64,000 nucleotides of DNA, from NCBI GenBank assembly GCA_041661385.1, contig JBAZUP010000001.1, positions 7,382 to 71,381 of the forward strand. Direction: 5' to 3'. Source of the DNA: Patescibacteria group bacterium. Its GTDB lineage: Bacteria; Patescibacteriota; Patescibacteriia; Magasanikbacterales; GWA2-37-8. The translations under genes were made by a program, and so were the position numbers. Position 1 is the stretch's first letter. The number at the start of each line of letters is the position of its first letter. Positions 36,826 to 47,692 of the stretch are shown here, one piece after another. The notes under the pieces were generated by a model. It saw only the letters and a list, made by a program, of their open reading frames with translations, was not told the DNA's origin and did not search any database.

Positions 36826-37923
36826 ATGTCGCAATCTGGAGTATTAGTAAAAAATGGAAAATTGAAATTTTTGGATTTTGTCCGGGCGGCGGCAACCATC
36901 GCTGTATTTGTCTTTCATACCGGTTACCTTTTTGCGTTTTCCAGAACTAGTATTATCAATTGGGTAAAATTGGTAACCGATGGCGGTACGGTTGGTGTCA
37001 GTGTTTTTTTTGTTTTGAGTGGTTTTCTGCTTTTTTATCAGCTTTACAAAAACAAGGAGCAGCTAGATGGTCCTAAATTAAAAGCTTATATCAAAAAAAG
37101 ACTACTTAGAATTTTACCGTTGTATTATTTTTCTTTATTTTTTATTGTTATATTTTTGCGGCATGATATCCTTTTTGCTGCCGATGGCGTACGGTCGATT
37201 TTATATAATTTAATATTTACTCGCGGGATAAAAAGCGGTGGGGGAGGTGGCACTATTACTATTAATCCGGTTTATTGGTCGCTAGTGGTAGAAATGCATT
37301 TTTATATTTTGTTACCGATTTTTTATCATTTTTTTTATAAATTAAAAAATATATTACTATTTGTGGGAGTACTATTGTTGGGCGTTGCCTATCGTTTGGC
37401 GCTGGTTTATTTGGTTAAGACACCCAGTATGCAATTTATGCGGTTCACACCCGCAAATTTTGATTATTTCGCGCTCGGCATGCTTGGTGCGTATTTATAT
37501 GTAAATCACGCCAAGGTTTTGAATTATATCGGCAATCAGTATCTGCAAATTGCTTCGGTGGTCGTGTTTATATTGTTTGTGCATTATTACGATTTGAGTT
37601 TCTTGCCGACATTATCCTATGTTTTTGCTCCGGTTCTTCTTGGTTTTATTACCGTTTTTTGCATGTTGTCGTTTTTGATGAACGACCGGTCTCTATTATC
37701 AAAAATATTTACTTCCGCACCATTTTTGTATATAGCCAAAATTAGTTTTAGTATTTATATTTGGCACGCCATTATTATTAGTAAAGTAGACGTTCTCGCA
37801 CTTCCGAACGCTCAAAAAATTATTATCAACATCGTCTTAACTTTAGTTGTTTCGGCCACTACATATTATTTGGTAGAAGCACCCTTTTTAAGAGTAAAAA
37901 ATCGGAAAATTGCTTCGGTATAG
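36826..37923 (+). CDS. Acyltransferase-3 family membrane O-acyltransferase
   Basis: LDFVRA, GVSVFFVLSGFL, RLLRILPLY, WSLVVEMHFY, SFSIYIWH, YYLVE.P. Confidence 0.9.
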   Translation: MSQSGVLVKNGKLKFLDFVRAAATIAVFVFHTGYLFAFSRTSIINWVKLVTDGGTVGVSVFFVLSGFLLFYQLYKNKEQLDGPKLKAYIKKRLLRILPLYYFSLFFIVIFLRHDILFAADGVRSILYNLIFTRGIKSGGGGGTITINPVYWSLVVEMHFYILLPIFYHFFYKLKNILLFVGVLLLGVAYRLALVYLVKTPSMQFMRFTPANFDYFALGMLGAYLYVNHAKVLNYIGNQYLQIASVVVFILFVHYYDLSFLPTLSYVFAPVLLGFITVFCMLSFLMNDRSLLSKIFTSAPFLYIAKISFSIYIWHAIIISKVDVLALPNAQKIIINIVLTLVVSATTYYLVEAPFLRVKNRKIASV

Positions 37924-38042
37924 TTGATTTTACGCATAAATTAGCTAAAAAGTCAGGTTTAACCTTGATTTTTTTGCTATTTTAGGGTATTATTATTGGT
38001 CTTTTGGCCACTCTCGGCCGAAAGCAAACCAGGAGAGAATCC

Positions 38043-38627
38043 GTGAATTCCGAATCGCTGAACCAGCAGGTGTGGGTCGCCGTGACCAGACTCACCGCCC
38101 TTTTCAAGGGCGATCCAAACGGCGAGGAAGCTGTGAAGAATGCTTTGGCTCAGTTGCTCCGACTGGTGGATCCCTCGAAGCCCTACGGCACGGTGCTGTT
38201 TGACAGTCTCTCCAGGCTCACTTGGAGCATCGCCTTCGAGGGCGTTGCTCTCCGGTTGAATCCGAAGACCAAGAAGCCCGAGGTCTTCCTCAGGAAGCGT
38301 GCCGACGATGACACGGCCTATCCTGGGGAGTGGCATGCCCCCGGTTCGGCCTTCCGTCCCCGGGAGAAGCCAAACCTCGTCGCGAGGCGTCTCTCTCGTG
38401 AGTTCGGGTCCGAGATCATGGACTTCAAGCTGGTGGGGCAGTACTTCTCCAACGAGCAGAGAGGCGACTTCTTGTCGCTCATCTACCTCGTGAAGTTCGA
38501 CGGCGAGCCCCGCGTCGACAACCGGCACATCTGGTGTCCGGTCGACAAGCTGCCGGAGAATACGGTCAACATTCACCGGGATCACCTCATCCCGGCTGCG
38601 GTCGCTGCATATCGCTCGTCTCACTAG
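38043..38627 (+). CDS. NUDIX-fold hydrolase with a degenerate Nudix box, GC-rich
   Basis: VFLRKR..YPGEWHAPGS....E....ARRLSREFG, WCPVDKLP; AGGAG SD before GTG 38043; promoter TTGATT-N17-TATTAT at 37965-93. Confidence 0.75.
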   Translation: MNSESLNQQVWVAVTRLTALFKGDPNGEEAVKNALAQLLRLVDPSKPYGTVLFDSLSRLTWSIAFEGVALRLNPKTKKPEVFLRKRADDDTAYPGEWHAPGSAFRPREKPNLVARRLSREFGSEIMDFKLVGQYFSNEQRGDFLSLIYLVKFDGEPRVDNRHIWCPVDKLPENTVNIHRDHLIPAAVAAYRSSH

Positions 38628-38648
38628 GCTATCGTTCTTTTCCGGCCA

Positions 38649-38697
38649 AAGCGCCCTATCCCATACTCTTCGGAGTTAATAGATAGGGCGCTTCTTT
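38649..38697 (+). terminator. Terminator-like hairpin with inner UUCG loop
   Basis: AAGCGCCCTATC...ACTC-TTCG-GAGT...GATAGGGCGCTT-CTTT. Confidence 0.7.
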
Positions 38698-38777
38698 AAT
38701 TACCCCAAAGTTTGCATTTTTACCTTAAAATTGGTAAAATTATCGCCTAATCATCGCAGAAAAAGTGCTAAATAAGT

Positions 38778-40085
38778 ATGGAAGAATCGCTAAAAAATGA
38801 GCTATTAAAGGCCTATAAAGCCAAATTTATCCGAAAGCCGTTTGTGCCCGGTGAATCATCGGTTCCGGTATCCGGTAAGGTTTTTGACGAAGAGGAAATT
38901 ATCCTGGCCACCGAAGCGGTTTTAGACGGTTGGTGGACTGAAGGACGGTTTACAACCCTTTTTGAACACAAAATTTCCAAGTGGCTCGGGGTAAATTATG
39001 CATCACTAGTAAATTCAGGATCATCTGCTAATTTGGTTGCTCTCATCGCCTTAACTTCTATAAAATTAGGCGACAAAAGACTCAAACCCGGTGATGAAGT
39101 GATTACCGTCGCGGCGGGTTTCCCGAGTACCGTAACACCCATTATTCAAAACGGACTCACTCCGGTTTTTGTAGACGTTGATTTAGGTACATACAACATC
39201 AATATTGAGGCGATGAAAAAGGCTCTGTCGGTAAAAACCCGGGCGGTTATGGTCGCACATACGCTCGGTAATCCATTTGATTTGAAAGAAGTAAAAAGTT
39301 TTTGCGAAAAAAATGATTTATGGTTGATTGAAGATGATTGCGACGCACTTGGGGCAAAATTTAGTGGAAAACACACCGGCACGTTTGGTCATATTGCTAC
39401 CTGCAGTTTTTATCCTGCCCACCATATTACCATGGGGGAGGGTGGTGCGGTTTTTACCAATGACCCGAAGCTTTTTAAAATTATTGAATCAGTCCGTGAT
39501 TGGGGGCGCGATTGTTGGTGCGAACCCGGCAATGATAATACTTGCCAAAAACGCTTCGGCTGGAAATTGGGTGAATTACCGGAAGGGTACGACCACAAAT
39601 ATATTTATTCGGAAATCGGTTATAATTTAAAGCTTACCGATATGCAGGCGGCGATTGGTCTTGCTCAATTTGATAAACTGGACAGTTTTATTGCAAAACG
39701 AAAAGAAAATTTTAAAATTCTTTACGAAGGATTAAAAAAATACGGCCAATATTTTATTTTGCCGGAGTGGTTGTCGGAATCCGACCCAAGCTGGTTTGGT
39801 TTTTTGCTCACCGTAAAAAACAATGCGCCATTTAAACGCGGGGAAATTGTTAAATTCCTTCAGGACAAAAAAATTGCCACCAGATATCTTTTTGCCGGTA
39901 ATTTACTTCGTCAACCCTCTTTTGTAGACCGGAAGCCGGATTATCGTGTAGTTGGTAACCTGGAAAATACCGATATTATTATGAATAATACTTTTTGGAT
40001 TGGGGTTTACCCTGGTCTGACAGCGGAAATGCTAAATTATGTGGTTAGTTGTTTTTCAGTGTTTATAGAGCAATTAAAGGGTTAG
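38778..40085 (+). CDS. rfbH: CDP-4-keto-6-deoxyglucose 3-dehydrase (E1, RfbH/DdhC)
   Basis: [26 protein letters not shown] (His in place of the PLP Lys), Fe-S motif [18 protein letters not shown]. Confidence 0.93.
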   Translation: MEESLKNELLKAYKAKFIRKPFVPGESSVPVSGKVFDEEEIILATEAVLDGWWTEGRFTTLFEHKISKWLGVNYASLVNSGSSANLVALIALTSIKLGDKRLKPGDEVITVAAGFPSTVTPIIQNGLTPVFVDVDLGTYNINIEAMKKALSVKTRAVMVAHTLGNPFDLKEVKSFCEKNDLWLIEDDCDALGAKFSGKHTGTFGHIATCSFYPAHHITMGEGGAVFTNDPKLFKIIESVRDWGRDCWCEPGNDNTCQKRFGWKLGELPEGYDHKYIYSEIGYNLKLTDMQAAIGLAQFDKLDSFIAKRKENFKILYEGLKKYGQYFILPEWLSESDPSWFGFLLTVKNNAPFKRGEIVKFLQDKKIATRYLFAGNLLRQPSFVDRKPDYRVVGNLENTDIIMNNTFWIGVYPGLTAEMLNYVVSCFSVFIEQLKG

Positions 40086-40095
40086 TAGATTGTAT

Positions 40096-41613
40096 ATGTT
40101 ACAGGTTAATAAATTTTACATAATATATTCATTAAACTGGCTGACGTTGGCGGTTATTTCTGTTTTTCAATATCCAATGTTATTTAGTAAATCCTGTTTT
40201 TTTCAAAAGAATTGGTTATTTTGCGCTGAAAATGTTACAGGCAGTAGCAAGTTTATCGATATTTTTATAATCTCGATATTTTTTATAAATTTATTTTTAA
40301 GCGGTATATTTTGTTGGAAGGTTTTTAAGAAAGAATATATTATTAAAAATAATATAAAATATTTAATAATTGGCTTGTCTTTGCTGTTGCCGATTTTTAT
40401 ATTTCCTTTCGGATCTGGTGATATGACCCACTATTTTAGCTCGGGTAAAGCAGCATCAGGGGGGATAAATTTATATTCCAGCCAGTGGAATTGGGAAAAG
40501 GATTATAACAATTCGCAAGTAGTTGAAATTTTGGCCGGGTATTCATACGGGCCAATTGTTTTGGATATATTAAATATATTTTATAAATTAAGTAATAATA
40601 AAATATATACATTCATATTGTTTTGGAAAATATTTATGGTCGGTGTAGTTGCGCTTTGCGGGTATTTAATAAAATATATAATAAAAATGATTGTCCCAAG
40701 CGCAAGCTTAAATAATTTTTATATTTTTTGGTTCACCCAACCAATTTTTTTATTTGAATGTTTGGTCGATGGTCATTTTGATATTTTGTGGCTTGTATTT
40801 CTTTTGTTAGCTATTATTTTTGCTCACCATAATAAATGGTGGTTAGTTTTTCCGCTTTTGGCAATAGGGGTTTGGATTAAATTTATACCAATTTTAGTTG
40901 CTCCCTGGTTTTTATTGTGGTGGTGGCAAAAAACAAACCGACTAAATTGGAAAAGCAACACAGTGAATTTGTTTGTTGGTTCAATTTTGACGATTTTATT
41001 AACAATCGGTGTTTGGTATAAATACTGGGTAGGATTTAGTGTTTTTAATTTTATTATATTGCAATCTAAGTGGGCTATTTCAAGTATATTTTCAGTAGTT
41101 TATTATAGTTTCCTGCCATTCTTCAAAAATATTTTTGGTACCAATTACCATTGGTATTTAACTCGGTTTGCCCACGCAGTTGTACTTGTTGCGTTTATAT
41201 ATTTATTAGTTCCTTTAATAAAAAATATTTTTAAAATATTTTTAAAAAAACAAACTTTTTCAACTTCACAATATATCGTTTCAATTTTTATAAGTTTATT
41301 TTCATATTTAGTAATCTGGCAAAAATCTATTTGGCCTTGGTATTTTGTATGGATTTTGCCGCTTGGTTTAATTGTTTATTTTATCAGTAGAAATTTATAT
41401 TTAGAAAAATTATTAATTTGGCTTGGAACGGCACCCCTAATTTCCTACATCGTTTGGTTTATAAATTGGCAATTAATTCATACAGACGCTTTTGGTGAAT
41501 ATTGGTATTTCTGTTTTACCGTTTTTTTTGTAACTGGGTATCCATTGTATAATTTTATTAAATGGCGTAAGCAAGGGTATTCAGATGTTTTAGATAATGT
41601 TAATAATATATGA
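40096..41613 (+). CDS. Multi-pass GT-C fold glycosyltransferase (GT87/MptB-like)
   Basis: SGD..Y, YGP, GHFD, KFIP, WPWYFVW motifs; very AT-rich; many TM helices. Confidence 0.7.
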   Translation: MLQVNKFYIIYSLNWLTLAVISVFQYPMLFSKSCFFQKNWLFCAENVTGSSKFIDIFIISIFFINLFLSGIFCWKVFKKEYIIKNNIKYLIIGLSLLLPIFIFPFGSGDMTHYFSSGKAASGGINLYSSQWNWEKDYNNSQVVEILAGYSYGPIVLDILNIFYKLSNNKIYTFILFWKIFMVGVVALCGYLIKYIIKMIVPSASLNNFYIFWFTQPIFLFECLVDGHFDILWLVFLLLAIIFAHHNKWWLVFPLLAIGVWIKFIPILVAPWFLLWWWQKTNRLNWKSNTVNLFVGSILTILLTIGVWYKYWVGFSVFNFIILQSKWAISSIFSVVYYSFLPFFKNIFGTNYHWYLTRFAHAVVLVAFIYLLVPLIKNIFKIFLKKQTFSTSQYIVSIFISLFSYLVIWQKSIWPWYFVWILPLGLIVYFISRNLYLEKLLIWLGTAPLISYIVWFINWQLIHTDAFGEYWYFCFTVFFVTGYPLYNFIKWRKQGYSDVLDNVNNI

Positions 41614-42635
41614 AAAAAGCGCTAATCACCGGTATTACCGGACAAGACGGATCATATTTGGCGGAATTTCTTTTGTCAAAAGGTTACGAAGTCCATGGAA
41701 TTATCCGCCGTTCCAGCAGTTTTAATACGGGCCGGATTGACGGAATATTTCAGGATCCGCACGCCGAGCGGCCAAAAATGATTTTGCACTATGGCGATTT
41801 GACAGACGGCAGTAATTTGAACCGCATTCTCGAAAAGGTAAAGCCCGATGAGATATATAATCTGGGCGCACAGAGTCATGTGTTGGTCAGTTTTGAAATG
41901 CCGGAGTATACCGGAGAGGTGGATGGGTTAGGTACGCTGCGACTACTCGATGCAGTAAGAGAAACCGGTCTCAAGGTTAAATTTTATCAGGCCGGATCTT
42001 CGGAAATGTTTGGTAAGGTTTTGGAAACTCCTCAAAAAGAAACCACGCCCTTTTATCCGCGCAGCCCTTATGGCTGTGCCAAAGCCTACGCTCATTATTT
42101 GGCGGTTAATTATCGCGAGGCATACAACATGTTTATTTGTAACGGTATCTTATTCAATCACGAATCTCCCCGCCGCGGTGGAACTTTTGTCACCAAGAAA
42201 ACTGTAGCTGCCCTCGCAAAAATAAAAGCCGGCAAGCAGGACAAGCTTTACCTAGGAAATTTGGAGTCCAAACGCGATTGGGGTTATGCGAAGGAATATG
42301 TTGAAGCGATGTGGGCCATGCTTCAGCATACCAAGCCGGCTGATTATGTAATTGCGACCGGCGAAACCCACAGTGTGCGGGAGTTGGCAGAAATTGCGGC
42401 AAAATATTTTGGTTTCGAATTGGTCTGGAAAGGTGAAGGACTGAACGAAAAGGGGGTTGATAAAAAAACCGGTAAAACAATCATTGAAATTGACCCGCAT
42501 TATTTCCGTCCCACCGAAGTCGATTATTTGATTGGTGATGCTTCAAAAGCAAAGAAAGAATTAGGCTGGGAAGCCAAAGTTAAATTTAAAGAGTTAATAG
42601 AAATAATGTGCAGGGAAGAAATGGAAAAAGTATGA
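41610..42635 (+). CDS. gmd: GDP-mannose 4,6-dehydratase
   Basis: [43 protein letters not shown]. Confidence 0.97.
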   Translation: MKKALITGITGQDGSYLAEFLLSKGYEVHGIIRRSSSFNTGRIDGIFQDPHAERPKMILHYGDLTDGSNLNRILEKVKPDEIYNLGAQSHVLVSFEMPEYTGEVDGLGTLRLLDAVRETGLKVKFYQAGSSEMFGKVLETPQKETTPFYPRSPYGCAKAYAHYLAVNYREAYNMFICNGILFNHESPRRGGTFVTKKTVAALAKIKAGKQDKLYLGNLESKRDWGYAKEYVEAMWAMLQHTKPADYVIATGETHSVRELAEIAAKYFGFELVWKGEGLNEKGVDKKTGKTIIEIDPHYFRPTEVDYLIGDASKAKKELGWEAKVKFKELIEIMCREEMEKV

Positions 42636-43798
42636 TCAAACTTATCAAATCAACCTTTTTTCACGAATCAGAAGTGAAAGAAAAATTGGTAGATTTTATC
42701 CGCAGCGCCGATGTGTTGAGCATGGGTGCGAATTGTTTTTTGTTTGAAAAACAATTTTCAGCGAAGCAACAGCGCCGTAACGCGGTTTTCGTGAGTAGTG
42801 GCAGTATGGCCAATCTGGTCTTGGTTCAGGCTTTACTTAATCTAGGCCGACTGAAAAAAGGGGACAGGGTGGGAGTTTCGGCGCTTACCTGGTCGACCAA
42901 CGTTATGCCTATTATTCAGCTTGGACTTGAACCGGTAATTTTGGATGTTGAACTAAACAACTTAAATACTTCCTTAAAGATTTTGAAGGAGACCCATAAA
43001 AAAACTAAACTCAAAGCTCTATTTTTAACTAATGCGCTTGGTTTTTCTGCCGACATTGATTCAATTAAGGAATTTTGCAATCAGGAAAAAATTATATTTT
43101 TGGAAGATAATTGTGAAGCACTCGGCTCAAAGGTAGATGGTAAATTGTTGGGTAATTTTGGTTTAGCTTCAACTTTTTCCAGTTTTGTTGGCCATCATTT
43201 TTCCACCATTGAAGGAGGTATGATTTGTACCGACGACGATGAATTGCACCAAATGTTGCTTATGGTTCGGGCGCACGGCTGGGACCGTAATTTAAACGAA
43301 GAACAACAAACAAAGTTAAGGAATGCGAATAAAGTCGACGATTTCTACGCCCGTTATACATTTTATGACTTGGCGTACAATGCGCGGCCGACCGAAATTC
43401 AAGGGTTTATCGGTCAAAGTCAGCTTGTTTATTGGGATGAAATTGTTTCAAAACGGGAGTCGAATTTTAAAAGTTTTACCGGAGCGGTAAAAAATAATAA
43501 AGATATTATTCCGTTGGAAATTTCTCACCTGGATTTAGTTTCAAATTTCGCCATGCCGCTGGTATTTAAAACCAATAAATTATTTTTAGAGTATAAAGAC
43601 AAATTTATTAAGTCAAATGTTGAAATCCGGCCAATCATCGCCGGCAATATCAGCAACCAGCCATTTTTTAAGAAATATATTAAACAAAGTTTTTCTTGTC
43701 CTAACGCCGAATATATTCACAAAAATGGCTTTTATTTTGGCAACAACCCGGAGATGACTGAAGCGGAAATGAGCGAGCTTTGTGGTTTAATCAGATAA
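42632..43798 (+). CDS. colD: GDP-4-keto-6-deoxymannose 3-dehydratase (ColD-like, DegT family)
   Basis: [24 protein letters not shown] (His at the catalytic Lys position), RAHGW; lies between gmd and fcl. Confidence 0.75.
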   Translation: MIKLIKSTFFHESEVKEKLVDFIRSADVLSMGANCFLFEKQFSAKQQRRNAVFVSSGSMANLVLVQALLNLGRLKKGDRVGVSALTWSTNVMPIIQLGLEPVILDVELNNLNTSLKILKETHKKTKLKALFLTNALGFSADIDSIKEFCNQEKIIFLEDNCEALGSKVDGKLLGNFGLASTFSSFVGHHFSTIEGGMICTDDDELHQMLLMVRAHGWDRNLNEEQQTKLRNANKVDDFYARYTFYDLAYNARPTEIQGFIGQSQLVYWDEIVSKRESNFKSFTGAVKNNKDIIPLEISHLDLVSNFAMPLVFKTNKLFLEYKDKFIKSNVEIRPIIAGNISNQPFFKKYIKQSFSCPNAEYIHKNGFYFGNNPEMTEAEMSELCGLIR

Positions 43799-43801
43799 CA
43801 T

Positions 43802-44749
43802 ATGGAAAAAAGTTCTAAAATTTATATTGCCGGACATCGAGGCATGGTGGGCTCAGCGATTGTCCGGAAGCTGCAAGTGGCCGGTTATACTAATTTAGTT
43901 TTAAAAACTCACCAGGAATTGGATTTACTGAATCAAACTGAAGTAAGAAAGTTTTTTGAAAAAGAAAAACCGGAATATGTGGTTGTGGCGGCGGCCCGGG
44001 TCGGCGGAATTGCAGCGAATATGGAAAAGCCGGCTGAATTTTTGTTTGAAAATCTGCAGATTCAAAATAATATTATCTGGTCAGCCCACGAAGCTGTAGT
44101 AACAAAATTATTATTTTTGGGTAGTAGTTGTATCTATCCGCGGGAATGCTTTCAGCCAATGAAGGAAGAGTACTTTATGACCGGCCCAGTTGAGCCCACC
44201 AACGAAGGGTATGCAATAGCCAAAATCGCCGGTATCGAATTGTGTCGTTCTATTTCGGCCGAGTTTAATCAGGATTTTATTTCTTGTCTACCAACCAATA
44301 TTTATGGCGAGAATGACAATTTTGATCCCGAATCTTCTCACGTTGTACCCGCCTTAATTAGAAAGATTCATGACGCGAAAGTTAATCAGCAGAATGAATT
44401 GGTTGTTTGGGGCACGGGTAAGGCAAGGAGAGAGTTTATGCACGTAGACGATTTAGCGGAGGCTTGCCTATTTTTGCTGGAAAATTTTTCTGCCAGAAAT
44501 CAGAAAGTGCCGTTTGTTAATATTGGTACCGGTGAGGATGTTTCTATAAAAGAACTTGTAGAAAAACTGTCAAAAGTTATTGGTTATGAAGGTAAAATAA
44601 TGTGGGATCATAGTAAACCCGATGGTATGCCGAGAAAACTACTTGAGGTTAGCAAGCTTAGTAAGCTTGGTTGGAAGTATAAAACCAATCTTGATGATGG
44701 ACTGTCGTTGATATATCAATGGTATTTAGAAAATATTTATGGAAAATAA
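43802..44749 (+). CDS. fcl: GDP-L-fucose synthase / ColC-type epimerase-reductase
   Basis: GHRGMVGS, AARVGGI, GSSCIYP, YAIAK, SHVVPAL, REFMHVDD, DGMPRK. Confidence 0.93.
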   Translation: MEKSSKIYIAGHRGMVGSAIVRKLQVAGYTNLVLKTHQELDLLNQTEVRKFFEKEKPEYVVVAAARVGGIAANMEKPAEFLFENLQIQNNIIWSAHEAVVTKLLFLGSSCIYPRECFQPMKEEYFMTGPVEPTNEGYAIAKIAGIELCRSISAEFNQDFISCLPTNIYGENDNFDPESSHVVPALIRKIHDAKVNQQNELVVWGTGKARREFMHVDDLAEACLFLLENFSARNQKVPFVNIGTGEDVSIKELVEKLSKVIGYEGKIMWDHSKPDGMPRKLLEVSKLSKLGWKYKTNLDDGLSLIYQWYLENIYGK

Positions 44750-45521
44750 ACCGTTAGTATCAGTAATAACTACCAGTTTTAATTCAGAAAAAACAATCAG
44801 ACAAACGATTGAGTCGGTTTTGCATCAAACTTATTCCAACATTGAGTATATTATTATTGATGGAAAATCATCGGATCATACAATTGATATTGTCAGGGAG
44901 TACGAGCCAAAGTTTAACGGCCGGATGAGAGTGATATCAGAGAAAGATGATGGAATATATTTTGCATTAAATAAGGGTTTGGGAGTAGCTAAAGGAGAAT
45001 TAGTAAGTTTCGCAAATAGTGATGATTGGTACGAACTAAATGCTGTAGAACAAGCCGTCCGGGTTCACCAAAAGGACCCCGAGGCATTTATCTACGGAAT
45101 TTTAAGATATATTCAAGATGGAAAAGTGTTACAAATATCTACTGGTAGTCATGAATTTTTACCTGGCGCGCTTATACCATATCCGACCTGGTTTGTGCCG
45201 ATGTATTTGTTTAAAAAGCACGGTCTTTTTGAAACTAAATATCGGATCGGTTCAGATGTTGATTTGGTTTTAAGATATTTTAAAAACGGCGTTAAATTTT
45301 ATCGCATTGATTCAATTTTATCAAACTTTAGAACCGGAGGAGAGTCTGACAAACATGTTAACTTATCACGAATTGAGGTTTTAAAATCAATGTGTGAATT
45401 AGGTTATATTTCTAAGAATAAATTATTGTACAACGTGACTTTATTAAAATTAACCACAATTAAAGAAAGAATGTTTAATAAAATCCGGTCATTTGTTGTT
45501 AAAATTGTTAAATATGATTAA
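44739..45521 (+). CDS. GT2 glycosyltransferase (WcaE-like)
   Basis: IIIDGKSSD, SEKDDGIY.ALNKG, NSDD. Confidence 0.9.
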   Translation: MENKPLVSVITTSFNSEKTIRQTIESVLHQTYSNIEYIIIDGKSSDHTIDIVREYEPKFNGRMRVISEKDDGIYFALNKGLGVAKGELVSFANSDDWYELNAVEQAVRVHQKDPEAFIYGILRYIQDGKVLQISTGSHEFLPGALIPYPTWFVPMYLFKKHGLFETKYRIGSDVDLVLRYFKNGVKFYRIDSILSNFRTGGESDKHVNLSRIEVLKSMCELGYISKNKLLYNVTLLKLTTIKERMFNKIRSFVVKIVKYD

Positions 45522-45526
45522 GAAAT

Positions 45527-46825
45527 ATGAATATTTTTTCAGATATTAAAGATTTTTTAAAAACCAGAACCCTTCGAGAGAGTAGCTATGTTTTTGTTGG
45601 TTCGGCAATTAATGGTGTTTCACTGTTTGCTATTAATGTTTTTTTGGGGAACAGATTCTCCAAGGAATGGTTTGGTACGTTTTCACTCATTATTGTTGTT
45701 TTGGCTGTAGTTTCAGAATTATCAGATTTTGGTTTAAATGGGGGGATGATGAGGTTTGCTCCTTACTATATAGGTTCGGGGGAAAATGATAAATTTTTAA
45801 AATTAGTTAAGGTTGTTTGGGGGTGGCGTGTAAAAATTTCTTCAGTATTAACAATTGGCGGCATAATTTTTGCTTATCCGCTATCTCGATATGTTATTGG
45901 CCAGCCACAGATCGCAAGTTATTTAGCCTTTTCCTTTTTGGGTATCGGCGGCGTAATTTTACTTGGTTTCATTAGTTCATATTTACAAGTGCAGCAAAAA
46001 TTTTTACTCAATTCCTTTTTGCAAGTATTAAAAGGTGTTGGCAAGCTGGTCTTAATAGCTTGTTTAATGTTTTTCGGTTTTAGCAATCTCTATCCGTATA
46101 TATCTATTTATATAATAGTTCCTTGGTTTTTAGTTTTTTCTTTCTTTATTTTGAAACCTGACAGTTTTTTAAAAATACACACTACCAAAGAAGAAAAATC
46201 AGAGATAAATATTCGACTCGGTAAATTCGGCTTTTGGCTTGCTTTGAATTCCGTTTTTATGATTATTGCTGGCAAGGTTGATCAGATTATGGTAAGTCGG
46301 ATTTTAGATCTAGAAAAGCTTGCCACCTTCTCCATTGCAATGCAATTTTTATATTTTTATAGTTTAGTTCTTGGCTCAATAAGTTCAGTTATAACTCCCA
46401 AGATTAACTCCTTAAGGAATAAACTAGAATTGATAAGTTATATTAAAAAAAGTTATCGTATTTTAATTCCGGTATTTATTGTTGCGCTGTTTTTGATATT
46501 TCCTACAAAATACTTGATAATTTTATTTTTTGGACAAAAATATTTAGACGCGATTCCAATATATCTAATTTTAAGCTACAGCACACTCTCGAGCTTAATT
46601 TTTTTACCATTTAGCTTGGTACTGCTCGCTTATTCCAAGACAAAATTAATTGCTTTGTCCGGCTTTTTGCAGTTTATAATAAATTTGGCATTGAATTGGT
46701 TTTTTATTCGAACTTTTGGCCTGGTGGGTGCCGCCATATCATATGGTATATCTGTAATATTATTTAACTTGTATAACGTATTTTGGTCTTTATATTTGTT
46801 AAAATACAGAGAAATTATTGTTTAA
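45527..46825 (+). CDS. wzx: Oligosaccharide flippase (Wzx/MOP)
   Basis: About 12 TM; SDFGL, DQIMV, FFGQKY, FGLVGAA. Confidence 0.85.
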   Translation: MNIFSDIKDFLKTRTLRESSYVFVGSAINGVSLFAINVFLGNRFSKEWFGTFSLIIVVLAVVSELSDFGLNGGMMRFAPYYIGSGENDKFLKLVKVVWGWRVKISSVLTIGGIIFAYPLSRYVIGQPQIASYLAFSFLGIGGVILLGFISSYLQVQQKFLLNSFLQVLKGVGKLVLIACLMFFGFSNLYPYISIYIIVPWFLVFSFFILKPDSFLKIHTTKEEKSEINIRLGKFGFWLALNSVFMIIAGKVDQIMVSRILDLEKLATFSIAMQFLYFYSLVLGSISSVITPKINSLRNKLELISYIKKSYRILIPVFIVALFLIFPTKYLIILFFGQKYLDAIPIYLILSYSTLSSLIFLPFSLVLLAYSKTKLIALSGFLQFIINLALNWFFIRTFGLVGAAISYGISVILFNLYNVFWSLYLLKYREIIV

Positions 46826-46837
46826 TAGTATAAATTT

Positions 46838-47620
46838 ATGCCGGCTGTTACCGCGCACTGCATAATCAAAAATGAAGAAGATTTCGTCGGGTATGCCATC
46901 CGGTCTATTATTAATTTTGTGGATTTGGTTATTGTTTTTGATACTGGCTCGACCGACAAAACAGTACAAATTGTTCAAAATCTGATGAGGGAATATCCAA
47001 ATAAAATATTATTTGAAGAAAAAGGACTGTGTAATAAAAAACGTCATACCGAACTTCGCCAAGAAATGTTGAACAAAACTATCACCGATTGGTTTATGAT
47101 CTTGGACGGGGATGAGGTTTGGACCAATCAAGGTATGGAAGAAGCTTTGGGTCTCGTTAAGGGTGGCAAGGTTGACTACATTCAAAGTAATTTTTATGAA
47201 TGTGTTGGGGACATATTTCACACTCATCGTAAACCAGGCTATAAAACGGTGCGTTTTTTTAAAAGTGAAAATATCAAATGGCAGGGGGACTATTGCGGGG
47301 ATTTGGTAGTTTCAAAAGTAAGCAATCATCCTGTGGATATAGCTAAAACGGCTGTCTTATTAACTAATAAATTTTGGCATTTAACTCACCTAAGGCGGTC
47401 ATTTTGTGGAAATGATGATTATAGTTCCGGGGGCAGTAGGAAAGAAAAAAGAAGATTGACATATTTTATAATTGGTAGGAAAATCATAGAGCCGATTCCA
47501 GAAGTTTTTTCCAAAAATTCCGCAAATTTTAGAATGTCTTGGTCGGATTCGTTTATTAATTTTTTTAAATTAGTATTGTTTAAAAATAAATATTATATTT
47601 GGGTTAAAAAATCCGGTTAA
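46838..47620 (+). CDS. GT2 glycosyltransferase
   Basis: KNEE, DTGSTDKT, ILDGDE. Confidence 0.85.
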   Translation: MPAVTAHCIIKNEEDFVGYAIRSIINFVDLVIVFDTGSTDKTVQIVQNLMREYPNKILFEEKGLCNKKRHTELRQEMLNKTITDWFMILDGDEVWTNQGMEEALGLVKGGKVDYIQSNFYECVGDIFHTHRKPGYKTVRFFKSENIKWQGDYCGDLVVSKVSNHPVDIAKTAVLLTNKFWHLTHLRRSFCGNDDYSSGGSRKEKRRLTYFIIGRKIIEPIPEVFSKNSANFRMSWSDSFINFFKLVLFKNKYYIWVKKSG

Positions 47621-47692
47621 AGAGGGCAGTTTGTTGCTAAACCGCGTTTGCAGTAGTATAATTATGAATTATTTAGTATTAATATTATAACT

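Noticed and set aside
37977-38624. 215-aa minus-strand ORF
   Set aside because: Shadow of the GC-rich NUDIX gene, which has the promoter, SD, motifs and terminator.
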